Shown here: one piece after another, positions 48,792-59,057 of the stretch | Numbering within the stretch: the stretch's first letter is position 1 | Layout: each line of letters starts with the position of its first letter | Source of the DNA: an uncultured Chloroflexia bacterium | GTDB taxonomy: Bacteria; Chloroflexota; Limnocylindria; Limnocylindrales; CSP1-4 | Direction of reading: 5' to 3' | DNA length: 64,000 nucleotides | NCBI GenBank assembly: GCA_963749705.1 | Contig: CAVVNQ010000003.1 | Location: 448,001-512,000, forward strand | Program-made: the position numbers and the translations under genes | Notes under the pieces: model-generated | Database searches by the model: none | What the model saw: only the letters and a program-made list of their open reading frames with translations | Told to the model about the DNA's origin: nothing

Positions 48792-50183
48792 TCACACGGC
48801 AACGTGCGGCGGCCGCCACCCTCCGGATGCGGCCTCGACGATCCGGGCACCCGCGAGGGCAAGGTCCTCGCGCCACGGCGGGGCGATGATCTGGACCCCG
48901 ATCGGCAGGCCCTGGTCGGACGACCCCCCGCGAACGACGACCGCCGGCCAGCCCGTCAGGTTGTGGACGTCGCTGTAGGTGTCGCCGAACCACGGCGCGG
49001 AGCTCTCGCCGTGCCGGATCGCCGGCTGGGGCATCACCGGGCAGACGATCAGGTCGACGTCCCCGACCCATCGCAGCAGCCGGGAGCGAACGGCGTCCGC
49101 GCGTTCGACGAGCTCGGTCAGCGCATCGCCCGGGAGCGGGTCGGCCGGCGTCAGCCAGTCGCGGCTGGCGTAGGAGCCCCAGCCCTCGGTCCCGGCAGAC
49201 CGGATCAGGCGCCGGAGCCAGGCAAAGCCGTCCGCCCGGATCAGGCCGTCCCAGGCCCGCCACGCCTCGTCGAGATCGGGCGGAACCTCGCGCCTGACCC
49301 GGGACCCCGCCGCGGCGAGCGCCTCGGCCGCGACCTCGACCGTGGCGATCGTCTCCCGGGTCGGTGTCCGGATGCCGTTGTCGGTGAATGCGACGACGCG
49401 CAGGCCGTCGGCGACGACGGCCGACGCATCCCCGAGGCTGACGGGCACGACATGCGGGTCGATGCCGTCCGGTCCCGCCAGGATCGGCAGCAGCAGCTCG
49501 AGATCCTCGACGCGCCGCGCGAGCGGGCCAAGCTGGGTGAACGACTGGAACAGCCCTTCGAACCCCGGCCAGTGCCCCGTCCGCGGTACCCGTCCGCTGG
49601 TCGGCTTGAGGCCGGCGATCCCGCACACGTGCGCCGGCTGGCGGATGCTGTCGCCGGTGTCGCTGCCGATGTCGAACGGGGAGCCACCCGCCGCGACGAT
49701 CGCGGCCGCGCCGCCGCTGCTGCCGCCGGGCGTCCGCTCGAGGTCGTACGGGTTGGAGGTCCGGCCGTAGACGTCGTTGTCGGTCTCGTCCGACCAGGTG
49801 AACTCGGGCGTGTTGGTCTTGCCGAGCAGGATCCCGCCGGCTGCCCTGAGCCGCGCGACGACCGTCGCGTCTCGGGTCGGGACCCGATCCCGCCACCCGA
49901 TGCTGCCCGCGGTGGTGACCACGCCGGCGGTGTCCAGGGAGTCCTTGAGCGTGAACGGGACCCCGTGGAGCGGCCCGAGCCGCGTGCCGCGCGCGAGCGC
50001 ATGGTCGGCCTCGCGGGCACGATCCCGCGCATCGCCAGCCAGGCGGACGACCGCGTTGATCGCGGGGTTGACGCGCTCGATCCGGGCCAGGCACGCGTCG
50101 ACGAGCTCCTCCGAGGAGACGGCGCGGGAGGCGATGGCCGAGGCCATCCACGTTGTCGAGGCAAGGCAAAGCTCGTCGGTCAC
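48792..50183 (-). CDS. Amidase signature family enzyme
   Basis: GVPFTLKD, GKTNTPE, GGSSGG, GSDTGDSIR, GLKPT, GLPIGVQ. Confidence 0.93.
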   Translation of the reverse strand: MTDELCLASTTWMASAIASRAVSSEELVDACLARIERVNPAINAVVRLAGDARDRAREADHALARGTRLGPLHGVPFTLKDSLDTAGVVTTAGSIGWRDRVPTRDATVVARLRAAGGILLGKTNTPEFTWSDETDNDVYGRTSNPYDLERTPGGSSGGAAAIVAAGGSPFDIGSDTGDSIRQPAHVCGIAGLKPTSGRVPRTGHWPGFEGLFQSFTQLGPLARRVEDLELLLPILAGPDGIDPHVVPVSLGDASAVVADGLRVVAFTDNGIRTPTRETIATVEVAAEALAAAGSRVRREVPPDLDEAWRAWDGLIRADGFAWLRRLIRSAGTEGWGSYASRDWLTPADPLPGDALTELVERADAVRSRLLRWVGDVDLIVCPVMPQPAIRHGESSAPWFGDTYSDVHNLTGWPAVVVRGGSSDQGLPIGVQIIAPPWREDLALAGARIVEAASGGWRPPHVAV

Positions 50184-50234
50184 GACGCAACGGTACGCGC
50201 CGGCGAGCGTTGACATCGGGCGCACGATGGCGAC

Positions 50235-52358
50235 ATGGCCGTGCAGACCTCCCGCGTGACCCGGCATCGGGTCCGCCGAACACGCCGGCTGCTCGCGCTC
50301 GCGATCGCTGCCGCGTTGCTCGCGACCGCGTCGCTCGTCAGGGCGCCGGCCGCGACCCTGGCCGCGAGCGACCCGATCATTGCGCTCGAGCCGGTGGTGA
50401 GCGGGCTCGACCACCCGGTGCTGGTCGCGAATGCCGGCGATGCTCGCCTGTTCGTCGTCGAGCAGACCGGTCGGATCCGGATCGTCAGCGGCGGAAGCCT
50501 GCTGGCCACCCCGTTCCTCGACCTGTCCAGCCAGATCTCCAGTGGCAGCGAACGCGGGCTGCTGGGGCTGGCCTTCCACCCCGGGTATGCGACCAACGGC
50601 CGCTTCTTCGTCTACTACACCCGGTCCGACGGCGACATCCAGGTGTCCGAGTTTGCGCGCTCCGCCGGCGATGCCAACCGCGCCGCCGCGGGCTCCGAGC
50701 GGCCGATCCTGCGCATCGAGCATTCCACCTACAGCAACCACAACGGCGGCATGCTCGCGTTCGGGCCGGATGGGTACCTGTATATCGGGACGGGTGATGG
50801 CGGCGGTGGCGGGGACCCGCTGGGCAGCGGCCAGAACATCAACAGCCGCCTGGGCAAGCTGCTCCGCATCGATGTCGACACCGCCAGCCCGTCCATCGCG
50901 TACGACATCCCCCCGACGAACCCGTTCGTGGGGACCGCGGGCGACGACCTGGTCTGGTCGTACGGGTTGCGCAATCCATGGCGGTTCTCGTTCGACCGGG
51001 CCACCGACGACCTGTGGATCGGGGACGTGGGCCAGGGCGCCTGGGAGGAGGTCGATGTCGCGCGAAGCGCGGCCGGCCGCGGCCGGGGGCTCAACTTCGG
51101 CTGGAACGTTCTCGAGGGCGACCACTGCTACAACGCGTCGACGTGCGTGCGGACGGGCAAGACGGCGCCGATTGCCGAGTATCCCCATGGAACCGGGGAT
51201 TGTGCGATCAGCGGCGGGTACGTCTACCGCGGGTCCGTGAGTCCGCTGCTGGTTGGTCGCTACCTGTTCGGCGACTACTGCAGCGGCCGGATCTGGAGCC
51301 TGGTGGCGTCCGGCCCATCGCCACAGGCCGAGGTGCTGCTGACGGACACCAGCCTCCAGATCAGCTCGTTCGGCGAGGACGCGGCGGGCGAGGTCTACGT
51401 CGTGGCGCTGGGCGGCACGATCTACCACGTCGTCGAGACGCACGTCGTCCGCCGCTCCGGCTCCGATCGCTACGGGACCGCGGCCGAGATCAGCGCGGCG
51501 GCGTTCGCCCCCGGGGTACCGGTGGCCTACGTGGCGACCGGCCAGAACTATCCCGACGCGATCGCCGGCGGTCCGGCCGCCGCCGCCGAGGGCGGCCCGG
51601 TCCTGCTCGTCCGATCGGACGCGATCCCGGCCGCCACCGCGGCCGAGCTCAACCGCCTCAAGCCCGGCCACATCGTCGTGCTGGGCGGGCCGTCGGCCGT
51701 CTCGGCCGGCGTGGCCAGTGCGCTCGCGGGCTACACCGCGGGGACCGTCGTCCGCCGCTCGGGACCCGATCGCTACGCGACGGCGGCCGAGATCAGCGCG
51801 GCGGCGTTCGCACCCGGGCGTGCCGGTGGCCTACGTGGCGACCGGCCAGAACTATCCCGACGCGATCGCCGGCGGTCCGGCCGCCGCCGCCGAGGGCGGC
51901 CCGGTCCTGCTCGTCCGATCGGACGCGATCCCGGCCGCCACCGCGGCCGAGCTCAACCGCCTCAAGCCCGGCCACATCGTCGTGCTGGGCGGGCCGTCGG
52001 CCGTCTCGGCCGGCGTGGCCAGTGCGCTCGCGGGCTACACCGCGGGGACCGTCGTCCGCCGCTCGGGACTCCGATCGCTACGCGACGGCGGCCGAGATCA
52101 GCGCGGCGGCGTTCGCCCCCGGGCGTGCCGGTGGCCTACGTGGCGACCGGCCAGAACTATCCCGACGCGATCGCCGGTGGTCCGGCCGCCGCCGCCGAGG
52201 GCGGCCCGGTCCTGCTCGTCCGATCGGACGCGATCCCGGCCGCCACCGCGGCCGAGCTCAACCGCCTCAAGCCCGGCCACATCGTCGTGCTGGGCGGGCC
52301 GTCGGCCGTCTCGGCCGGCGTGGCCAGTGCGCTCGCGGGCTACACCGCGGGGACCTAG
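50235..52358 (+). CDS. Secreted PQQ-dependent glucose/sorbosone dehydrogenase with three CW_binding_2 repeats (three +1 shifts within the repeats)
   Basis: Signal peptide; ERGLLGLAFHP, NHNGG, GDGG, GLRNPWRFSFD, GGYVYRG; repeats SGxDRYxTAA...ATGQNYPDA...GGPSAVS. Confidence 0.88.
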   Translation: MAVQTSRVTRHRVRRTRRLLALAIAAALLATASLVRAPAATLAASDPIIALEPVVSGLDHPVLVANAGDARLFVVEQTGRIRIVSGGSLLATPFLDLSSQISSGSERGLLGLAFHPGYATNGRFFVYYTRSDGDIQVSEFARSAGDANRAAAGSERPILRIEHSTYSNHNGGMLAFGPDGYLYIGTGDGGGGGDPLGSGQNINSRLGKLLRIDVDTASPSIAYDIPPTNPFVGTAGDDLVWSYGLRNPWRFSFDRATDDLWIGDVGQGAWEEVDVARSAAGRGRGLNFGWNVLEGDHCYNASTCVRTGKTAPIAEYPHGTGDCAISGGYVYRGSVSPLLVGRYLFGDYCSGRIWSLVASGPSPQAEVLLTDTSLQISSFGEDAAGEVYVVALGGTIYHVVETHVVRRSGSDRYGTAAEISAAAFAPGVPVAYVATGQNYPDAIAGGPAAAAEGGPVLLVRSDAIPAATAAELNRLKPGHIVVLGGPSAVSAGVASALAGYTAGTVVRRSGPDRYATAAEISAAAFAPGRAGGLRGDRPELSRRDRRRSGRRRRGRPGPARPIGRDPGRHRGRAQPPQARPHRRAGRAVGRLGRRGQCARGLHRGDRRPPLGTPIATRRRPRSARRRSPPGVPVAYVATGQNYPDAIAGGPAAAAEGGPVLLVRSDAIPAATAAELNRLKPGHIVVLGGPSAVSAGVASALAGYTAGT
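51444..52355 (+). repeat. Three tandem near-identical units of about 303 bp (CW_binding_2)
   Basis: Units start at 51444, 51747 and 52051 (303, 304 and 305 bp). Confidence 0.95.
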
Positions 52359-52589
52359 CGTTCCGGCGGCGGGCGGTTCGCGCGCCCGCTGCCCGCCGAC
52401 TCTGCCCGATCGTGCCGATCAGGATGCCCGGTCGGTGCGCTCGGAGGGCACAGACGGGACTTGTCCCCGCCCTGCCCCGGTCGGACAATCGGACGGCGGT
52501 CCGGGAGCCAGGCCGGCTGCCGCGAGCCGTCGAAGGCCGGTGAGGCGCGGTGCCGCCCCGGCGCCACTACGCCGCATGGTGAGCGCGTG

Positions 52590-53513
52590 ATGACGGAACG
52601 CAGCCAGCTCGAACAGCAGCGCCGGGAGATCCGCAGGCAGCACGGCACTCTGGCCGCCAACGAGCCGATCGCGCCGGCCGCGGCCGTGTTCGACGCTGCC
52701 GCGCGGGAGCAGACGCCGGGTCGCGGTGGTGGCCCAGCCGTCGGGCGCGCGATCGACGGTCTGCATACGAGCGCCGGCAACGCCGCGGTCGCCCGCCTGT
52801 TCGAGGGGGCCACGACGCATCGCCACCAGGAAGGCCAGGCGACGGCTCGGGCCGGCCACGCCGGCACCACGGACCGCCCCGGCCACGCCAGCAGCACGGA
52901 CCGGCCCGTGGTCCAGGCAAGCGCCGCCGGCGAGGCCGCGCCTGCGGACGAGATGTCCAACGTGTCGGACGCGACGCTGGTGGCGCTGGCCGCGGGTCCC
53001 CCGAAGCACGGCCCGAGCTGGACGCACGTCGGCCCGCCGTCCAACACCACCTATGCCGTGTCCGGGACGCTCCGCGATGCGGCCAACACGGTCGCGGCGC
53101 GCACCGAGGCGGGCTCGGTGACCACGACACCGTCGAGCGATGCGGACGTGTGGACGCCCGACGGCGGCAATCCGCAGGTGATCGGGGCACGGGTCACGGT
53201 CGACCAGGTGGAGGAGCTGCCGACCTGGGCGGACGAGTCGCAGGCGACGGCGAACCAGCAGGCGGAGTGGAATCGGTTTCATGGCGCGATCACCACCCAC
53301 GAGGCCGGCCACGTGTCGATCGACAAGACGTCGTACGCCAACGCGCACTCGAAGATGGTCGGCAAGTCCCCCGAGAGCGCGGACAAGGCCCTCGACACGG
53401 TCGAGGCGACCGCGACGACCGACAACGCGACGTACGACACGAAGACCGACCACGGCCTCAACCAGGGAACGCGCATCAACCCCAACATCGACGAGGTGAC
53501 CAAGGTCCCCTGA
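52590..53513 (+). CDS. DUF922-type Zn metallopeptidase with eCIS-effector-like N-terminal leader
   Basis: LPTW...WNRF..AITTHEAGH, YDTKTDHGLNQG; leader LHTSAGNAAVARL...VVQ. Confidence 0.7.
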   Translation: MTERSQLEQQRREIRRQHGTLAANEPIAPAAAVFDAAAREQTPGRGGGPAVGRAIDGLHTSAGNAAVARLFEGATTHRHQEGQATARAGHAGTTDRPGHASSTDRPVVQASAAGEAAPADEMSNVSDATLVALAAGPPKHGPSWTHVGPPSNTTYAVSGTLRDAANTVAARTEAGSVTTTPSSDADVWTPDGGNPQVIGARVTVDQVEELPTWADESQATANQQAEWNRFHGAITTHEAGHVSIDKTSYANAHSKMVGKSPESADKALDTVEATATTDNATYDTKTDHGLNQGTRINPNIDEVTKVP

Positions 53514-53535
53514 GGTCCGCTCGCGGCGGATGGCG

Positions 53536-54652
53536 TCAGTGGCTCGGGGCCTCGAGCCGCACCGGTCGCCCGATGTATCGCCCGTAGGCATCGGCGGCCG
53601 CCTCGAGGCCTGCGACGGCTGCGGTCGACAGCGGTGCGAAGGGGACCGCGTCGATGTGCACCGCCCGCGCCGTGACCCGCCGGCTCCAGGTCCCGACGAC
53701 CACGCCGTCGACCACGATCGTCGCCTTGAACATCCCGTTCGCGCCCGGGACGATGGCGTCCGCATGCCCGGGCAGGAGCACCGCCGACCGATCGCGATAG
53801 CCGAGGAGGTACTCGTCGAAGCCGGGCAGCAGCACGACGCCTGCCGTCGCGCCCGGGGCATCGAGGATCTCCGGGTCGAGGTGGTAGCGGGTTCCATCGA
53901 TCTCGACCGTGGCCAGGCTGCCGCCGGCGATGTCCGTCCCTCGCCGGACATCGCGCATCGTCAGTCCGGACCAGCGCGCGAGGTCGGCGGCCGTCGCCGG
54001 TCCATGGCTCCGGAAGTACCTCCGGGCGAGCTCGCCCAGCGCCTCGTCGCGGTCCGGCCGCCTCGGGTTGGGGACCCAGGCGTCCAGCCGGGCGAATGCC
54101 TGCTGACGGCCATCGGACGGCCCCAGGACCAGGGTGCCCGTCAGGGCCAGGTACCACAGGATGTGATAGCCGCGCTGCCCGGCCGTGCTCACGCCGCCGG
54201 CCTCGATCGCCGCGAGCAGGGCGGCTCGTCCCAGCGCCTGCCGGCCGGGCAGCGCGGCGACCGCGGCCAGCCGCGCTCGCTCGATGTCGGCTCTCGCCGA
54301 GCCCGAGGGTCGCCCGGCGTTGGGCCGCCGAGGCGCGGGACCGCTCCGCGGTGAGCCCGAGCAGCCACGGCAGGTCGTCGGCGGTGACCAGGTGCAGGGT
54401 GCCGCGGAGCGGCCAGGAGCGCACGATCTCGCCGGCATCGAACGCGGCTTCGACATCGGGTTCGCGGGCATCGCCGGCGCGGACGCCGACGGACCATTTC
54501 ACGCCCGGCAGGTCCTGGCCCTGCATCGCGAGCATCGAGCGCACGACATCGGCGGAAGCGGACGGGCGAACCTGGCCGGCGAGCCGGTGCGCGGTCAGCC
54601 GCAGCGCCGCCAGCCGGCGCTGTCCGGCGGTGAACGAGGATCCGGATGGCAC
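53536..54652 (-). CDS. AlkZ-like (HTH_42) DNA glycosylase; +1 frameshift near 54293
   Basis: AMQGQD (QxQ), RSWPLRGTLH, YFRSHGPATAADLARWSGL, LLPGFDEYLLGYRDR, VVGTW. Confidence 0.87.
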
Positions 54653-54762
54653 GCACGGAGTATCGGTGGTCGCGCGACGACCTGCGCCGTCGTGGTCGGG
54701 AGGCCGGACGTGGCACGACCTGCCCGGCTCGGCCCGGGGCCCGCGGCAGTAGCATCGTCGGC

Positions 54763-55560
54763 GTGAGTCATGACCCCGCCGCCGTCGTCTCGTTGCGCAC
54801 GATCCGGTTATGGCTGCCGCACCAGCACGGCGCGTGGGCGATGCTGGCATTGCCGGTCCTCGTGGGCATCGCTGCCAGCCGGTTCGTGCCGTCCCAGCTG
54901 CTGCTGACGGGCACGGCCGTTGCCGCCTACCTGGCATCGGCGACCATCCAGGCCTGGCTCCGGGCACGTCGCCGGCCGTCGTTCGTGCCATCGATCGTCG
55001 TGTATGCCGCCACGACCGCCGTGCTCGGCATCCCGCTGCTGGTGCTCGAGCCGCGCCTCCTGATCGTCGTCGTGGTGCTCGTCCCGGCCGGCGCGTTGAC
55101 GCTCGCCGCCGCGCGGCCCGGCACGCCACGCGAGCTGGCCCTGAGCCTCGCCCATGTCGTCCAGGCGTCGATGCTGACCCCTGCCGCGATGCTCCTCGCC
55201 GGCGAGGCCGGTGCAAGCCTGCTCGTGGCGGCAACCGCGATCGTCGCCGTCGAGATGACCGGATCCGCGCTGGCGGTGCGTTCGGTGATCCGGGAGCGGG
55301 ACAACGCGGGCTTCGCGGTCCGATCGGTGGGCTTCCATCTCGTCGTCACGCTCGTGGCGGCGGCAACCCTGCCACCGGCCTACGCGCTGCTCGGCGGGCT
55401 GCTCACCGTGCGGGCCGCGGCGCTGCCGGTCGCGCGCCGCCGGCTCGCCGCCACCCGCTGGAAGCTGCGCCCGATCCACGTCGGACTGATCGAGGCGGCG
55501 GCATCGATCGCCACCGTGGTCGTCGTGCTGGCGGTTCCGCTCGTGACGACGACGCGCTGA
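54763..55560 (+). CDS. YwiC-like membrane protein
   Basis: WLPHQHGAWAML.LP, VRSVIRER, IHVGLIE. Confidence 0.85.
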   Translation: MSHDPAAVVSLRTIRLWLPHQHGAWAMLALPVLVGIAASRFVPSQLLLTGTAVAAYLASATIQAWLRARRRPSFVPSIVVYAATTAVLGIPLLVLEPRLLIVVVVLVPAGALTLAAARPGTPRELALSLAHVVQASMLTPAAMLLAGEAGASLLVAATAIVAVEMTGSALAVRSVIRERDNAGFAVRSVGFHLVVTLVAAATLPPAYALLGGLLTVRAAALPVARRRLAATRWKLRPIHVGLIEAAASIATVVVVLAVPLVTTTR

Positions 55561-55673
55561 CCGGCGCCACGGAGCGAGCTGGATCGCGTCGGCGTCGGCC
55601 GCGACCCACGACGGGATCGGCGCCCATCGGGCGCCGCGATCCGGTTCCGGCGCCGCCGCGTCATAATCCGCCG

Positions 55674-58600
55674 ATGCAGGGTGAGCTGACCTCGGACCGA
55701 CAGGGCACGCGTCCGGGCGTGGTCGATGGCGGCGCGCTCGACCCCCTGGTGGGGCCGCAGTGCTCGCTGGCCGTCCAGCTCCGCCGCACCACGGGCGCCG
55801 TCATCGGCCGCAGCGCCGAGCTCGACGCGATCGCGCAGGTGCTCCACGAGGCGACCGGCCGCCTGGCGGCGCTGACGCTCGAGGGCGAGCCCGGGATCGG
55901 CAAGACGCGGTTGCTGCTGGAGGCCGCCGAGCTTGCCGCGACCGCCGGGTTCACGTGCGTCGCGATCACCGCGGACGAGGAGATCCGCGGGCCGTTCCTG
56001 CTCGCGCGCAGCCTGTTTGCCTCGAGCGCCATCCGCGACTGCATCGCGGGGACCCCTGCCGAGGCGGCGGTCAGCCGCGTGGTCGAGGCCATCTCGGGCC
56101 GCGACGAGCGCGGGTTCGAGGCGCTGTCACCAGATGCCAAGCTGCTCCGCGCCTTCGACCTCGGGGGCGTCGCGATCTCGTCGCTCGCCGGGATCCGGCC
56201 GCTGGCGCTGCTCATCGACGACGTCCAATGGGCCGACGACGACACCCTGCGGCTGCTCCGGTACGTCGTCCGCAGCGATGCAGACCGGCCGGTGTTCCTG
56301 TTCCTGACGATCCGGCCGGACGAGTTCGCGACGGTCACCGAGGCCGTCAACTTCGTTGCCGACATGGAGCGCATGGGTCTCGTCCGGCGCCTGCGGCCCG
56401 GACGGTTCGGGTCGGTCGAGACGGCGGAGCTCCTCAAGCGGATCCTCGGCGGTCGCGTCGAGGCGGCATCGGCGGCCGCGATGCACGCCCAGTCGGAGGG
56501 GGTGCCGTTCATCGTCGAGGAGCTGGCCCGGACGCACCGGGAGGCCGGCACCCTCCAGCAGATCGACGGCCAGTGGCGGCTCGGCCGGAACGCTGCGCGG
56601 CTGGTGCCATCGGCGGTGCGGACGCTGATCGATCGCCGGGCCGCGCGGCTGCCCGCCCGGACGCGCGCCGCGCTGGGGGACGCCGCGATCCTCGGTCGCA
56701 GCTTCAGCCTCCGGGACCTGCGCGCGATCCGCGCCCGGATCGGCGAGGGCGATGTCGGTGCACCGGGTGCCGCGGTGCCCGATCCCGGACCTGCCGGATC
56801 CGCCGATGGCGTCGATCCGCTCGCGGATGATCTCGCCCCCGCCGTTCGGGCCGGCCTGCTGCTGCCGCAGTCGCAGGGCGAGCCGGCGGACTACACGTTC
56901 ACCCACGAGCAGGTCCGGCAGTTCGCCGCCAACCAGCGCTCGGTGGCCCGTCGCCGCCAGGTCCACGCCGCGGTCGTCGACCTGCTGCTCGAGGGTGGCG
57001 AACCTGCCCCCGCCGGCCTGCCGATGCTCGCCCAGCACGCGCTTGCCGCCGGCGACACGGCGCGCGCGGCGCGGTTCTCGATCGACGCCGCGGCGTCGGC
57101 GCTTGCGTCGAACGCGCCGGAGGAGGCGCTCCGGCTCGTCGAGCAGGCGCTCCCGGTCGTCTCGACGCCCGCCGACCGCCGGGTCCTGCTCGCGACCCGT
57201 GACGACGCGTTTGCCGCGCTCCGGCGGACCAGCGAGCGGCTCGAGGGGCTGACCGAGCTGGCGGCGCTCGCGGAAGCGATGCGCGATCCCACCGTGGAGC
57301 TCGACGTCCAGCTCCGGCGCGCATCGGCGCTGCGCATGGATCATGACGAGGACGCCGCCGCGGACCTGGCTCGCCGCGTCCGTACCCGGGCGGCCGAGCG
57401 GGGCGACGCGGCGACCGAGCTGCGGGCAACCCTGGAGCTTGGCCAGGCGATCCAGCGGAGCCCGGTCGGTGAGTCGTTCGGCGGCGCCGCGGTCGAGATC
57501 GACCTCGAAGCGGCGGAGGAGGCCTACCGGCACGCGATCGCGCTCGCGGAGCAGCTCCACGACGACCGAAGCCTGGCTGCCGCCCTGCGCGAGATCGGCA
57601 CGATCGATTTCGCTCGTGGGCGCGCGTGGTTCTCGGGCGAGGTCCGGGCGGGCCGGGCGAATGAGCTGGTCGCGATGCTGTCGTCTGGCGTGAGCATCGA
57701 GGACATGGTCATGTCCACGCCGATCGGGCCGCTGCTCACGGAGGCCACCCAGGTCCTTGAGCGAGCGCTGGGCATCTTCGAGCGGCTGGGTGATCGAACC
57801 GGCGTGATGTCGACGGTCATCGCCATGGCCTACACCCAGTACGGCCCGGTCATGCATTTCTCGTCCTCGGCGCGCCACCTCGAGGAGATCCGGCGCGTGA
57901 CGAGCCGCATGTCCGAGCTCGTCACCGAGAGCGAACGCGCTCGCCTCGACCTCCAGATGCTGTATGGCGTCCACGTGTACTCGCGGGCCAAGGTCGTACC
58001 CGACCTCGCATTGACCCGAGGCGAGGACGCCCACCGGGAGGCCAAGCTCCAGGGCGACCGGTCGGTCGAGTTCCTCGCCGCGGGCGGCGTGGCGCTCAGC
58101 CTGCTCGACCTGGGCGATATCGACGGGGCGGAGCGGTGGCTCGGCCTGGCTGCATCGGCCGCGTCGATGGCGCCCTCCCGGACCCGGGCACGCCAGCTCG
58201 AGATGTGGCGCGGGATGGTCCGGGCCGGCGCCGGCGACGTCGACGGCATGCGCGGGCATCTCGAGCGCGCGGTGGCGATGGCGACCGAAAGCGGCAGGGC
58301 GTCCGCGCGCTGCGAGGCCCTGGCTCGCCTGGCCCTCGAGGCGGCGTCACTCGTTGCGCGGCAGGTACCCGGCGAGTCGGATGCCGCGGGGAATGACGGC
58401 CCGGATCCGGCGTTGCTCGAGCTCATCGAGCGGGCCGCCACCCAGGCCAACGAGCTGCTGCCGCTGCTGCCGGGGCACGCGGCATGGGGAGCCCAGGCCG
58501 ACGCGGCGCTGGCGACCGTGGCCCTCGCGCGCGGTGACGACCAAGCGGCCGTGATGGCCGGCGGCGCGGCCCTCGGAGCGCTCCAGGCCGGGCTCCACGA

Positions 58601-59057
58601 GGACGCCAACCTCGAGATCGTGATCCCGGCAGCCCGGGCGCTGTTCGCCGGCGCTCCCCCCGAGGTCCAGGGATCGGTCCGGCAGTTCCTCCGGTCCACG
58701 CTTTCGCGGATCGCGCAGGGCACGGCGGACGAGGCGATTCGCGTCCGATGGCTCACCGGACCGATCGGGCGCCCGCTCGCGGAGCTGGTTGGCCCGCTCG
58801 ATGAACCGGCGCCATCGACCCTGGCCCCGGAGCCGGCCGCGTCCGATGGCGCCCCCGTCCTCGATGATGCGGAGCGGCACGTGCTCCAGCTGCTGACGGA
58901 GGGCCGGACCAACGCCGAGATCGCGGCCGAGCTCGCGATCGCGGAGCCCGAGGTGGCGCAGCGGCTGGCGCGGCTGCAGGCCCGCCTGGGGACCACGAGC
59001 CGCGCCGAGGCCACCTCGCTGGCGTTCCGCGGGTTCGCCTCGGTGGGGTCGCACTGA
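55674..59057 (+). CDS. STAND (AAA_16) ATPase-TPR-LuxR-like HTH regulator
   Basis: GEPGIGKT, LIDDVQWAD, SEGVPFIVEEL, YTFTHEQVR; C-terminal ERHVLQLLTEGRTNAEIAAEL. Confidence 0.9.
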   Translation: MQGELTSDRQGTRPGVVDGGALDPLVGPQCSLAVQLRRTTGAVIGRSAELDAIAQVLHEATGRLAALTLEGEPGIGKTRLLLEAAELAATAGFTCVAITADEEIRGPFLLARSLFASSAIRDCIAGTPAEAAVSRVVEAISGRDERGFEALSPDAKLLRAFDLGGVAISSLAGIRPLALLIDDVQWADDDTLRLLRYVVRSDADRPVFLFLTIRPDEFATVTEAVNFVADMERMGLVRRLRPGRFGSVETAELLKRILGGRVEAASAAAMHAQSEGVPFIVEELARTHREAGTLQQIDGQWRLGRNAARLVPSAVRTLIDRRAARLPARTRAALGDAAILGRSFSLRDLRAIRARIGEGDVGAPGAAVPDPGPAGSADGVDPLADDLAPAVRAGLLLPQSQGEPADYTFTHEQVRQFAANQRSVARRRQVHAAVVDLLLEGGEPAPAGLPMLAQHALAAGDTARAARFSIDAAASALASNAPEEALRLVEQALPVVSTPADRRVLLATRDDAFAALRRTSERLEGLTELAALAEAMRDPTVELDVQLRRASALRMDHDEDAAADLARRVRTRAAERGDAATELRATLELGQAIQRSPVGESFGGAAVEIDLEAAEEAYRHAIALAEQLHDDRSLAAALREIGTIDFARGRAWFSGEVRAGRANELVAMLSSGVSIEDMVMSTPIGPLLTEATQVLERALGIFERLGDRTGVMSTVIAMAYTQYGPVMHFSSSARHLEEIRRVTSRMSELVTESERARLDLQMLYGVHVYSRAKVVPDLALTRGEDAHREAKLQGDRSVEFLAAGGVALSLLDLGDIDGAERWLGLAASAASMAPSRTRARQLEMWRGMVRAGAGDVDGMRGHLERAVAMATESGRASARCEALARLALEAASLVARQVPGESDAAGNDGPDPALLELIERAATQANELLPLLPGHAAWGAQADAALATVALARGDDQAAVMAGGAALGALQAGLHEDANLEIVIPAARALFAGAPPEVQGSVRQFLRSTLSRIAQGTADEAIRVRWLTGPIGRPLAELVGPLDEPAPSTLAPEPAASDGAPVLDDAERHVLQLLTEGRTNAEIAAELAIAEPEVAQRLARLQARLGTTSRAEATSLAFRGFASVGSH

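Noticed and set aside
48792-51671. 959-aa amidase as listed in the ORF track
   Set aside because: The N-terminal ~495 aa are the antisense of the PQQ dehydrogenase; the amidase starts at 50183
51444-52355. CRISPR array or mobile-element repeat
   Set aside because: Units are about 303 bp, contiguous, spacer-free and encode CW_binding_2 domains
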